A stretch of DNA of 24,442 nucleotides, from positions 1 through 24,442 of IMG/VR virus record IMGVR_UViG_3300037479_000624, one strand, 5' to 3'. The position numbers and the translations under genes were made by a program. The notes under the pieces were generated by a model. That model searched no databases and had not been told where the DNA came from. It saw only the letters and a program-made list of their open reading frames with translations. Within the stretch, counting starts at the first letter, position 1. Every line of letters begins with the position of its first letter. Below, in pieces: positions 1 through 7,867 of this stretch. The stretch is from a virus. Its lineage: Duplodnaviria > Caudoviricetes.

Positions 1-9
1 GTCCAGGCC

Positions 10-309
10 ATGAGGACCGCGAACGAGGACTACAGAACGATCACGAACGCCGAATACAGGGCGCGGGGATTCCTCGATTCCCTGGGGGCGCCTGAGTGGG
101 CCGAAGACTGGCAGGCCCTCATTGACAGACTCAGCCTACGGATTCCGCTAGCGTACAACGCCATCAACCAGCTCGATGGGTTTGCAAGCATCCTCGGCGC
201 CAATTTCTTCATCTCCACAGCCAAGGCGAGGATCAACGAAAACATCACCCTCGCGCAGTTGACCATTCCGCTCCTGGAGCGGGCGCGTGACCGGAGGTTT
301 TACGTCTGA
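10..309 (+). CDS. hypothetical protein (possibly 5'-truncated)
   Basis: Frame is open from base 1; normal globular composition; codon usage less GC-skewed than the rest of the window. Confidence 0.5.
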   Translation: MRTANEDYRTITNAEYRARGFLDSLGAPEWAEDWQALIDRLSLRIPLAYNAINQLDGFASILGANFFISTAKARINENITLAQLTIPLLERARDRRFYV

Positions 310-489
310 TGACGGCGCGCCCTTCTGGATGGCCCTCTTCTGGACCGGCGTCAGCGGAGGCAACTGCGGCCTCGGCCACTCGGTCATACACCCCGCCGCG
401 CAGATTTCGATCAACGGTTCCGCCGCAGCGCGTGTTGCCCCCCACCCCACGGAAAGGAGGACCACGACCCCGAGCAGGAGCGTTCGCAT
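148..489 (-). CDS. putative secreted protein with signal peptide
   Basis: GGGAGG RBS 7 nt before ATG on the minus strand; N-terminus MRTLLLGVVVLLSVGWGATRAAA-EP resembles a Sec signal; overlaps the 3' end of 10..309. Confidence 0.5.
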   Translation of the reverse strand: MRTLLLGVVVLLSVGWGATRAAAEPLIEICAAGCMTEWPRPQLPPLTPVQKRAIQKGAPSSDVKPPVTRPLQERNGQLREGDVFVDPRLGCGDEEIGAEDACKPIELVDGVVR

Positions 490-549
490 CCCGGCGCCTC
501 CCGATGGATGGCCGCCAGTCTACCACCCCCACACCATGAGGACACGCCC

Positions 550-867
550 ATGAACCGATTCGTCAAGGCCACCGGTCCCATCACCAACCCCGTCGCCGAG
601 ACCGTGCTCCTGGCCACGGGCAAACTGCCCGCGAGCGCCTGGCACTTCCAGATCATGCTCAGCGCCAGCGCGGACGCCCAGGTGTCGCTGGAGCACTACG
701 CGGCGGACGGCACGACCAAGCTGTTCGACCACCGGATCTACCTGAACGGGAACACCCCGCACAACTTCGAGCTGCACTGGCCGCTGGCCACCAACGAGGA
801 GATCAAGATCGCCGTCAAGTCGAACCTCACGGGCGTCATCGGCGCCGCCCTCGTGGCGATGGGCTAG
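550..867 (+). CDS. small beta-rich hypothetical protein, paralogue 1
   Basis: GAGGAC RBS before ATG550; aligns end-to-end with 879..1199 (shared SLEHYAADGxTKLFDHRIY). Confidence 0.85.
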   Translation: MNRFVKATGPITNPVAETVLLATGKLPASAWHFQIMLSASADAQVSLEHYAADGTTKLFDHRIYLNGNTPHNFELHWPLATNEEIKIAVKSNLTGVIGAALVAMG

Positions 868-878
868 GGGAGGGGGCC

Positions 879-1199
879 ATGAACAAGATCGAGAAGGCCT
901 CCGGCCCCATCTCCAGCCCCGCGCAGGACACCGTGCTCCTGGACACGGGCCCGCTGCCGGCAGGGCTGTGGAGCCTGCAGTTCATGCTGAGCCCGAGCGC
1001 GAGCAACCAGCTCTCGCTGGAGCACTACGCGGCGGACGGGGTGACCAAGCTGTTCGATCACCGGATCTACGTCGCGTCCGACGCCCCGTGTCACTTCCGG
1101 CTGCTGTGGCCGGTCCAGACCAACGAGCGCTTCAAGATCGCGGAGAAGAACTCGGGGTTCGTCGGGACCATCGCGGTGGCGGTGATCGCCACCGGGTAG
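879..1199 (+). CDS. small beta-rich hypothetical protein, paralogue 2
   Basis: GGGAGGGGG RBS; paralogous to 550..867. Confidence 0.85.
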   Translation: MNKIEKASGPISSPAQDTVLLDTGPLPAGLWSLQFMLSPSASNQLSLEHYAADGVTKLFDHRIYVASDAPCHFRLLWPVQTNERFKIAEKNSGFVGTIAVAVIATG

Positions 1200-1203
1200 G
1201 GAT

Positions 1204-1252
1204 TTCCAGGAAACCTATCGCCGGCGATATGCTATCGTCGCTGGCGATAGGT
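1204..1252 (+). promoter_or_regulatory. putative promoter with operator-like palindromes / inverted repeat
   Basis: Perfect palindrome TATCGCCGGCGATA 1216-1229; 15-bp inverted repeat 1213-1227/1238-1252 with one G-T; TATGCT -10-like hexamer at 1228-1233. Confidence 0.55.
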
Positions 1253-1269
1253 ACACCGAGGAGGGCGGC

Positions 1270-1593
1270 ATGACGCCAGGGGCCGAGCAGGACAGCGCCG
1301 GGGCGGCCGGGGCCGGCGGGCAGCACGAGAACCCCGACCCCCTGACCGAACGGCTCAAGAGCAAGCTCGGCAAGGTGCACGAGGAGCTCGAACGCCTCCA
1401 GGCCGAGACCCCGGGCCCGCGCGCCGACCAGCAGCTCGCCGCGCGCGTCCGTGCCTTCGTGGCGACGATCCGCGACGGCAAGGTGCGGACGGTGGCCGAC
1501 GAGCGGACGCTCACCGACCAGCTCATCGCCGACGTGCAGGCGATCGACGCGCCGCCGCAGGCCTCGCCGATCGACCCGGTGCAAGCGCCATGA
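1270..1593 (+). CDS. hypothetical helical protein
   Basis: GAGGAGG RBS; ATGA overlap with next gene. Confidence 0.75.
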   Translation: MTPGAEQDSAGAAGAGGQHENPDPLTERLKSKLGKVHEELERLQAETPGPRADQQLAARVRAFVATIRDGKVRTVADERTLTDQLIADVQAIDAPPQASPIDPVQAP

Positions 1594-1910
1594 CCGGCCT
1601 GCTTGCCGCGATCCTCCTGGTGGCCGGGTGCGCCTCGGCGCCAGGAGTGGCCCCGCCCGATCCCGCCCGGGTCAAGGCCACGATCGAGACCGTCAAGCTC
1701 GCCGTCGACGGTGTGAAGGTCCTGACCGGCCCCGCCTTCGCCCTGGCCGTGGCCGACGTCCAGGCGTCGCGGACCCGGGGCGAGCTGGACGACGCGGGCT
1801 GGCGCGAGTTCGTGAAGTGGTGCACCCGCTACAAGGCCCTGAACCTGGTCACGGGGGCCACGCCCGAGGTGCAGGCCATCGCGTGTGAGCCGGAGACGTC
1901 CGCGAAGTGA
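1590..1910 (+). CDS. putative lipoprotein (possible lysis/spanin-type component)
   Basis: MTGLLAAILLVAG-C lipobox followed by a Pro-rich linker; next to a holin-like gene. Confidence 0.7.
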   Translation: MTGLLAAILLVAGCASAPGVAPPDPARVKATIETVKLAVDGVKVLTGPAFALAVADVQASRTRGELDDAGWREFVKWCTRYKALNLVTGATPEVQAIACEPETSAK

Positions 1911-2095
1911 TCGAGCGGCTCAACGGCGCCGTCCGCCCCATCGTGACCCTCGGCCTGGCCGGGACGTTCTGCTACCTGGCCATCATCGGCACGGTGCCCG
2001 TCGAAGCGTTCGTGTCCACCGTCAGCATGGTGTTCGGCTTCTGGTACATGCAGCGCCAGCAGGCCAAGCCGAACGGGGACCAGCCCCACTCGTGA
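1907..2095 (+). CDS. holin-like small membrane protein (2 TM)
   Basis: 62 aa, two hydrophobic segments, VFGFWY followed by a polar/basic tail. Confidence 0.6.
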   Translation: MIERLNGAVRPIVTLGLAGTFCYLAIIGTVPVEAFVSTVSMVFGFWYMQRQQAKPNGDQPHS

Positions 2096-2283
2096 TCCCG
2101 CGGTGCTACCGCCTCCAGCTCTACCGCGATCGCACCGGCGGCCACCGCTGGCGGCTGGTCGCGCCCAACGGGCAGACCATGGCCACGGGCGAGGCGCACC
2201 CGGAGCGCAGCAAGGCGCGGCGCGCGTGGCGGGCGATCGAGCGCGCGATCCTTGGGCGCACGATCCGCGTGGTGGCGGCATGA
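2092..2283 (+). CDS. YegP/DUF1508-like protein
   Basis: GTG start overlapping upstream TGA; motif LYRDRTGGHRWRLVAPNGQTMATGE resembles the DUF1508 pattern. Confidence 0.7.
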   Translation: MIPRCYRLQLYRDRTGGHRWRLVAPNGQTMATGEAHPERSKARRAWRAIERAILGRTIRVVAA

Positions 2284-2468
2284 CCGGCCGCGAAGCCGGG
2301 CCCGGGGCGCGCCCGCCCGCGCAGACGCGGTGTCCGGGCTGCGGCGAGCTGGCCACGCCTCCGCATCGGTACTGCCCGACGTGCATCCAGGCCAGCTACG
2401 TGGTCGGCCCGAGCCTCGACAGCATCCGCGTCGAGCGCGTCAAGGGGGGGATGCCAGATGCCGCGTGA
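2280..2468 (+). CDS. small zinc-ribbon protein
   Basis: ATGA coupling; CPGC...CPTC. Confidence 0.65.
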   Translation: MTGREAGPGARPPAQTRCPGCGELATPPHRYCPTCIQASYVVGPSLDSIRVERVKGGMPDAA

Positions 2469-2832
2469 CAGCTCGATCCTCGGCGGTGCCGATGCCCTGC
2501 TCGGGGCCCCCGTCTCCGTGACCGGGGGGAGTGCCAGGCCGAAGGTCGGCCGCGAGACATCGCCCTACGTGCCGCGTCAGCCCCAGCCGCTCCCGGAGGA
2601 TACGCCGCAGGCCGAAGCCGTCGTGACGGTCGGCGAGCCGCAGTTCTTCGCGCCGCCGGCCCGCGAGTCAGGCGAGGGTGCGCCGAGCGGCGATGGCCCC
2701 GAGGGCGGGAACGCGGGCGCGCCCGGCGATCCGGGGAATGCCGGGGACGATGGCGACGGCGACGCGGGATCGTCGGGCGACACGGGCGTCGGAGGCGAGT
2801 CGGGGTCAGGGATCGGCGGCAATGCGTGGTGA
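2458..2832 (+). CDS. hypothetical protein with acidic Gly-rich disordered C-terminus
   Basis: G-rich RBS; G/D/E/S low-complexity tail. Confidence 0.65.
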   Translation: MPRDSSILGGADALLGAPVSVTGGSARPKVGRETSPYVPRQPQPLPEDTPQAEAVVTVGEPQFFAPPARESGEGAPSGDGPEGGNAGAPGDPGNAGDDGDGDAGSSGDTGVGGESGSGIGGNAW

Positions 2833-2836
2833 CCAC

Positions 2837-3049
2837 ATGAAGGACTTCCCCAAAGGCCACATCATCGTTCCGGTCACGATCGGGGGCACCACGAAGAACC
2901 TCTGCCTGTCGTGTGGCAACAACGACCTGGGCAAGGACGGCCAGCTCCCCAAGAAGGTCACGCCCGAGATGGCCGCCAACGCGCTCAAGCACCGGCTCGA
3001 ACACGGCCGCTGCGAGGAGTGCTGGCCTGCGAAGGAGCCCGAGGCATGA
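2837..3049 (+). CDS. small Cys-motif (CxxC x2) protein; alternative start 2822
   Basis: CLSC and CEEC motifs; typical codon usage; ATGA coupling to next gene. Confidence 0.7.
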   Translation: MKDFPKGHIIVPVTIGGTTKNLCLSCGNNDLGKDGQLPKKVTPEMAANALKHRLEHGRCEECWPAKEPEA

Positions 3050-3315
3050 TCGTCGACACCCTGCCCGACACCGGAGGGCCGGACTTCCGATCGTCGTGCC
3101 CGGGGTGCGATCCCGCGTTCGACCCCCGCCGCCACAACGAGTCGTGGTGCGCGGCCTGCCGCCCGCGTGAGGCCCTCGGCGTCGATGACGCGCGCGTGCG
3201 GGCGGACAGCATCGTCATCGGGACAGGCGACACGTGCGACGCCCAGAATCAGCGGGCCGCGGGCGCCTTCTTTCGGTCCCCGCCGTCGGCAGTCCCCGGA
3301 GCGGACGAGGCGTAG
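3046..3315 (+). CDS. small zinc-finger-like protein
   Basis: AAGGAG RBS; CPGC...CAAC. Confidence 0.65.
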   Translation: MIVDTLPDTGGPDFRSSCPGCDPAFDPRRHNESWCAACRPREALGVDDARVRADSIVIGTGDTCDAQNQRAAGAFFRSPPSAVPGADEA

Positions 3316-3537
3316 ATGACCCTCTCGATGCCCATCCTGCTCATGGTCATCATGCTGGTGGTCCCGGGCGCGGCGAAAGACCAGCTCGACGCGATCCGGC
3401 ACCACGTCCGGGCGGCGGCGATGGCGCTGGGCTGTCGCGATCCGCGGATCACGATCCAACCGGACACGCGGAACCCCGACGACTTCGAGATCTCGGCGAC
3501 CTGCGCGGCGCCGGTTCCCCGGGAGCCACGGCCCTGA
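3316..3537 (+). CDS. small exported/membrane protein
   Basis: N-terminal hydrophobic stretch ending PGAA-K; two Cys in the mature part. Confidence 0.65.
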   Translation: MTLSMPILLMVIMLVVPGAAKDQLDAIRHHVRAAAMALGCRDPRITIQPDTRNPDDFEISATCAAPVPREPRP

Positions 3538-3677
3538 TGGGGCTCTGGGCGCCGCTCGTCGTCCTGCGAGTCCTCGACGTCGTGCTGTCCTGGCTCGGCG
3601 TCGCCATCCTGGTGTTCGGGCTCATCTTCGTCGGCGCGATGCTCTGGCCGGACGTCACGCGGTGGCTGCGCCGATGA
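3537..3677 (+). CDS. small membrane protein (46 aa)
   Basis: TGATG coupling; MGLWAPLVVLRVLDVVLSWLGVAILVFGLIFVGAMLW. Confidence 0.6.
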   Translation: MGLWAPLVVLRVLDVVLSWLGVAILVFGLIFVGAMLWPDVTRWLRR

Positions 3678-3883
3678 TCGCCGTCTCGCCCAACCGCTAC
3701 CTCGACCTGCGCTCGCCGGCCTGGGCGCCGCTCGAACAGCGCGAGGAGATCCGCTTCGAGGAGGGCGTCGTGATCGTCAGGCCCGAGGGCCCCGTGACCG
3801 ACATGCTCCGCGTGCAGGCGCCGGAGCTGACGCTGGCGGAGGTCAGCGTGCTGAGGCGGGCATGGCAGCGCCGGCGCGCGTGA
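3674..3883 (+). CDS. hypothetical protein
   Basis: ATGA coupling upstream, GTGA downstream. Confidence 0.6.
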   Translation: MIAVSPNRYLDLRSPAWAPLEQREEIRFEEGVVIVRPEGPVTDMLRVQAPELTLAEVSVLRRAWQRRRA

Positions 3884-4029
3884 TCCGTGCCCGCGAGCGG
3901 CCGGACGATGGCCACCCCCACCACGTCAACGTGACGATGGTGATGTGCTGCCGGATCTGCACGCGGCGCTTGTGGGAGCACATCGAGCGGATCGCCGCGA
4001 TGGAGAGGAGGGCCGAGCCGTGCCGTTGA
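3880..4029 (+). CDS. hypothetical 49-aa protein (His/Cys-rich)
   Basis: GTGA coupling; MIRARERPDDGHPHHVNVTMVMCCRIC...; fills the gap between neighbours. Confidence 0.45.
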   Translation: MIRARERPDDGHPHHVNVTMVMCCRICTRRLWEHIERIAAMERRAEPCR

Positions 4030-4172
4030 CGGAGAAGGGCAAGCACATCCTGGCCGAGATGAAGAAGGGCTACGGCGCGAAGAAGGGCGAGCGCGTGTTC
4101 TACGCCTCGGCGAACAAGGGCACCATCCGCGGCGTCCACAAGCCGCGCAAGCCGGCGAGCGTGACGAAGTAA
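4020..4172 (+). CDS. small basic phage protein
   Basis: AGGAGGG RBS, GTG start; MPLTEKGKHILAEMKKGYGAKKGERVFYASANKGTIRGV resembles a basic protein type I recall near phage head genes. Confidence 0.75.
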   Translation: MPLTEKGKHILAEMKKGYGAKKGERVFYASANKGTIRGVHKPRKPASVTK

Positions 4173-4215
4173 TGCAGGCCGAGATGGCGCGGCGCGCCCG
4201 TCGCTTGGTGGCCGT

Positions 4216-4437
4216 GTGAGCAGCCCGAGCTCCCTCAAGCCCGAGCCGCCGCCGCCCGCGCCCGTCCAGAACGAGGCCGCGACGAAGAAGGCGACCGACG
4301 AGGCCGCCGCCGCGGCGCGGGCCGCGCAGAAGCGCCGTCGTGGCCGAGCGGCCACGATCCTGACCGATCCGGCCGCCCAGGCGCTCTCGGGCGAGCGGCG
4401 GACGTCGCTGCTCGGCGGCGGGGACTACCCGGCGTGA
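4216..4437 (+). CDS. small pre-portal virion protein (T7 gp7.3-like position)
   Basis: Pro-rich N-terminus, RRRGRAATILT and terminal LLGG, a pattern typical of genes just upstream of podovirus portals. Confidence 0.7.
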   Translation: MSSPSSLKPEPPPPAPVQNEAATKKATDEAAAAARAAQKRRRGRAATILTDPAAQALSGERRTSLLGGGDYPA

Positions 4438-4514
4438 GCGGCACCGCGGTGGGAACCCTCGCTCTGCTGGCGGCCCTGGCGTTCTACGTGGCCGTGATCG
4501 TCGGCTGGATCTGA
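4434..4514 (+). CDS. 26-aa single-TM peptide
   Basis: GTGA overlap upstream and TGATG overlap with portal start; MSGTAVGTLALLAALAFYVAVIVGWI. Confidence 0.5.
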   Translation: MSGTAVGTLALLAALAFYVAVIVGWI

Positions 4515-6250
4515 TGCCCGCCATCCTCCGGGGGGCCGAGCCGACCGCCGACGCCGCCGAGCTGGCGCGCAACTGGGAGCGGCTGCTCCAGCGGCAGGGC
4601 ACCTTCCGCGAGATGTGGCAGACGATCGCGGACTACCTCTGCCCCCACAAGAGCACCATCACGCGCACGTACGAGCCCGGGGCCAAGCAAACCTCGCGCG
4701 TGTTCGACGGGACCGGCATCCGCGCGCCCTTCCTCCTGGCCGCGTCGATCCACGGCGGGATGACCCCGGTCACCCAGAAGTGGCTCAGCCTCACGGTGCG
4801 CCAGAAGGAATTGAAGCGCCTGCCCGGCGCCCAGGCGTGGCTCGAGGAGGACGCCGACCGGCTCCACCTCGCGAAGATGCAAGCCAACTGGAACACCGAG
4901 ATTGCCGAGTGGTATCACGACCTGGTGACGTTCGGCACGGGCGCCATGCTCACCGAGGCCAAGCCCGGCGATCCGCGCGGCCTGAACCGCTTCGGCGGCT
5001 TCCGCTACAAGACCCTGCCCATCGGCTCCTACGCGATCGACGAGGGACGGGACGGCCGCGTCGACACGCTCTATCGGACCTTCACGCTCTCGCGCCGGAC
5101 GGTGCTGCGGACCTGGGGCGCCGCCGTGGCGATCGACCGGGGTTTTCGCGAGCAGGCCGAGCAGAACCCCTACGAGCCCACGGAGATCCTGCACGCCGTC
5201 TATCCGCGCCAGGAGCGGCGGCGCCGCAGCCTCGGGCCCCGCGGCATGCCGTTCACGTCCTGCTACGTGCTCATGCGCGCGGGCGACGCGCAGGGCGGGA
5301 CGGCCGCCAGCGGGGAGCGCATCGTGCTGGCCGAGGGCGGCTATCGCCAGTTCCCGTTCGCGGTCGCGCGCTGGAGCCAGACGAGCGGCGAGGTGTACGG
5401 CCGGGGCCCGGGCCACAACGCCTTGCCCGACATCCGCACGCTCAACCGGATGAAGGAGCTGAACCTCCAGTACATGAGCAAGGTCGTCGACCCGCCGATG
5501 CTCCAGAAGCACGAGGCCGTGCTCGGCGTGACCGACCTGACGCCGGCCGGGGTGACCGTCGTGGACTACGAGGGCCCGGTCGGCGAGGCCGTCTCGGCCA
5601 TGGAGATCGGGCGCAACGATCGCCAGGTGTGGATCACGGTCGACGACCTGAAAGAGTCCATCCGCGAAGCCTTCTACTGGTCCCTGCTCCAGCTCCAGGA
5701 GCGGAAGGGCATGACGGCGACCGAGGTCCAGATTCGCTACGAGTTCATGCAGCGGCTCCTGGGCCCGACCTTCGGCCGGCTCAAGGACGAGGGCTACGCG
5801 CCGATCCTGGAGCGCGACTTCGCCCTGATGGCCTTCTACGGGGCGCTCCCGCCCGTGCCCGAGGAGCTGGCCGTCTACGGCGACGCGGTGGACATCGACA
5901 TCGAGTATGAGGGCCCGCTCGCGCGCGCCCAGCGGTCGCACGACCTGGTGGCGATCGACCGCTTCAACGGCTGGCTCGGCTCGGTCCTGCCGTTCTACCC
6001 GCAGGCGCAGGACATCGCCGACTTCGACGAGCAGGGCCGCGTCGTCGCCGAGGTGGCGGGGATGCCGGCGAACATCCTGCGCGACGAGAAGGCCGTCGCC
6101 CGCATCCGCCAGGACCGCGCGCAGCAGCAGCAGCAAGCGGCGCTCCTGGAGACCATCGCCGGTGGCGCCGAGGCCCTCGGGAAAGCCGGCCCCGGCGTGA
6201 AGGCCTTGGCCGAAGCCCGCCAGGCCGGGCAGGAGGGCACGCCGGCGTGA
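4514..6250 (+). CDS. portal (head-to-tail connector) protein, T7 gp8/BPP-1-like
   Basis: 578 aa; motifs W..IADY..P, FDGTG, DLVTFGTG, RW...SGEVYGRGPG..ALPDIRTLN, MTATEV, LLGP..GRL, IEYEGPLARAQ. Confidence 0.95.
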   Translation: MPAILRGAEPTADAAELARNWERLLQRQGTFREMWQTIADYLCPHKSTITRTYEPGAKQTSRVFDGTGIRAPFLLAASIHGGMTPVTQKWLSLTVRQKELKRLPGAQAWLEEDADRLHLAKMQANWNTEIAEWYHDLVTFGTGAMLTEAKPGDPRGLNRFGGFRYKTLPIGSYAIDEGRDGRVDTLYRTFTLSRRTVLRTWGAAVAIDRGFREQAEQNPYEPTEILHAVYPRQERRRRSLGPRGMPFTSCYVLMRAGDAQGGTAASGERIVLAEGGYRQFPFAVARWSQTSGEVYGRGPGHNALPDIRTLNRMKELNLQYMSKVVDPPMLQKHEAVLGVTDLTPAGVTVVDYEGPVGEAVSAMEIGRNDRQVWITVDDLKESIREAFYWSLLQLQERKGMTATEVQIRYEFMQRLLGPTFGRLKDEGYAPILERDFALMAFYGALPPVPEELAVYGDAVDIDIEYEGPLARAQRSHDLVAIDRFNGWLGSVLPFYPQAQDIADFDEQGRVVAEVAGMPANILRDEKAVARIRQDRAQQQQQAALLETIAGGAEALGKAGPGVKALAEARQAGQEGTPA

Positions 6251-6402
6251 TGATCGTTCCGGCTGCGCTCTACTTGGCCCTCGGCATCGTCTGGTGCCCG
6301 TGGATGCTCCTGGCGCTCCTGCCGGTGACCCTGTACGCCGTGTTCGTCGTGCTCGTCTGGCTGGCCATCGTGATCGTCGGCGGGATGCTCTCCACGCGAT
6401 GA
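6250..6402 (+). CDS. 50-aa very hydrophobic membrane protein
   Basis: TGATG overlap with portal stop, ATGA overlap with next gene; MIVPAALYLALGIVWCPWMLLALLPVTLYAVFVVLVWLAIVIVGGMLSTR. Confidence 0.6.
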   Translation: MIVPAALYLALGIVWCPWMLLALLPVTLYAVFVVLVWLAIVIVGGMLSTR

Positions 6403-6749
6403 GCGCCGACCCCTGGGGCGACGACCGGGACGAGCGCCAGGCCGAGCGCGACCAGGCCGCCCGCGAGACGGTGGCCCGGCGGCAGCAGCTCGACGTCGAC
6501 ATCCTGCTGACGTTCTCGACCGACCAGGGCAAGCGCGTCCTGGCCTGGCTGGAGGAGAGCTGCTACGCCTACCGCTCGATCTTCTCGGCCGTGTCCGCGT
6601 CGGCGTCGATGGTGGACACGGCCGCGACGTTCCGCGCCGAAGGGCGGCGCACGGTCTGGACGGACGTCCACAACGCGATGAACCGGGCGCGCGCGGGGCA
6701 GCGATCCCCGGCGCCCGAGGTGAGATCCGCTGTGAGCCAGGAGGGATGA
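6399..6749 (+). CDS. Bbp19-like phage protein
   Basis: TFSTDQGKRVLAWL...AEGRRTV pattern; position between portal and scaffold. Confidence 0.75.
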   Translation: MSADPWGDDRDERQAERDQAARETVARRQQLDVDILLTFSTDQGKRVLAWLEESCYAYRSIFSAVSASASMVDTAATFRAEGRRTVWTDVHNAMNRARAGQRSPAPEVRSAVSQEG

Positions 6750-6750
6750 G

Positions 6751-7680
6751 ATGCGGCTCGACCGATGGCTGATGGTGCGACGAGCAGAGGGGGACGCAGG
6801 AGCCGGCGCCGCGGGCGCTGGCGGGGCCGCTGGTGCGGGATCGCCGGGCGGACAGGGGGGCGCCACGGGCGGCGCCGGAAAGCCGGCCGCAGGAGCCAGC
6901 GCCGGCGCGCAGGACTGGCGCGCGGGCTGGTCTGACGACCTGAAGGGCGACGCCACGCTCGCGCGCTTCAAGACGAGTGACGAGCTGGCCAAGTCCTACC
7001 TGGAGGCCCGCAAGACCATCGGGCAGACGGTGACGAAGATCCCCGGCAAGGACGCCAAGCCCGAGGAGATCGCCGCGTTCCGCGAGAAGCTCGGCATCCC
7101 GGCCGACGTCGCGAAGTACCGCGAGGCCGTGAAGCTCCCCACGATCGAGGGCGTCACGTGGGATCCCAAGGCCGTCGAGGGATTCACCGCGAAGGCCCAC
7201 GGCTGGGGCATCCCGCCCGACGTCGTGCCGCAGCTCCTCTCCGAGCTGGCCACCTACGAGAAGGGCGCGACCCAGCGCATGGTGGGCCAGTGGGTGAAGG
7301 AGCAGGAGGCCCTCGAAGGCGAGTGGGGCGCCGACTACGACGCCAAGGTCCAGGCCGGCAAGACCGCCTTCGCCTTCTACAACGAGGCCAGCGAGGGACG
7401 TCTCGCGAAGATCTTCCAGGCATCGGGGCTCGACCGGAACCCCGACGTGCTGCGCATGTTCGCCCACCTGGGCGACCTGCTCAGCGAGCACGGCTACGTC
7501 GAGGGCGAGACGGTGCCGGCCGATGGCCTCGAGGATCTCCGCGCCCAGGTGGCGGCCATCGAGAACGACCCGAAGCACCCGGCGATGGATCGGGAGCACC
7601 CCAACTACCGCCAGGCGCGCGAGCGGTACGAGGGACTGCTCAGGAAGCTCTACGGCACGGGGCCGGCGCGGCGCGGTTGA
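6751..7680 (+). CDS. capsid scaffolding/assembly protein
   Basis: GGAGGG RBS; G/A-rich N-terminal linker, DW..., LAKSYLEA, EWGADYD, GL..NPDVLRMF; directly upstream of the capsid gene. Confidence 0.85.
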   Translation: MRLDRWLMVRRAEGDAGAGAAGAGGAAGAGSPGGQGGATGGAGKPAAGASAGAQDWRAGWSDDLKGDATLARFKTSDELAKSYLEARKTIGQTVTKIPGKDAKPEEIAAFREKLGIPADVAKYREAVKLPTIEGVTWDPKAVEGFTAKAHGWGIPPDVVPQLLSELATYEKGATQRMVGQWVKEQEALEGEWGADYDAKVQAGKTAFAFYNEASEGRLAKIFQASGLDRNPDVLRMFAHLGDLLSEHGYVEGETVPADGLEDLRAQVAAIENDPKHPAMDREHPNYRQARERYEGLLRKLYGTGPARRG

Positions 7681-7706
7681 CGTGCTCCTATCACATGCGA
7701 TAGGAT
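7677..7706 (+). promoter_or_regulatory. sigma70-like promoter for the capsid gene with overlapping palindrome
   Basis: TTGACG (7677-7682), 18 nt spacer, TAGGAT (7701-7706); near-perfect palindrome TCCTATCACATGCGATAGGA 7686-7705. Confidence 0.65.
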
Positions 7707-7709
7707 CGC

Positions 7710-7860
7710 TGCGGGTTCCACCACAACCCCGCGCCAGCGGGCCGGTGGTGAGGGCGGGGTAGGCACCCGCCGAAGGAGCGCCGCGCCAGGGCGCGAGGGG
7801 GCCGGCCATGGGCCACAACCCCCCGTCACGGACAGGCACCAGCAGTCCATGACCGGGAGC
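7710..7860 (+). other. structured 5' leader of the major capsid mRNA
   Basis: Several GC hairpins (GCGGGTT/AACCCCGC, GGCGGG/CCCGCC) in one of the few long intergenic gaps. Confidence 0.45.
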
Positions 7861-7867
7861 CAGGCCC

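Noticed and set aside
685-1070. Possible DGR template/variable repeat pair (BPP-1-like phages carry DGRs)
   Set aside because: Mismatches are not adenine-specific, both copies are mid-gene, and no reverse transcriptase is in the window
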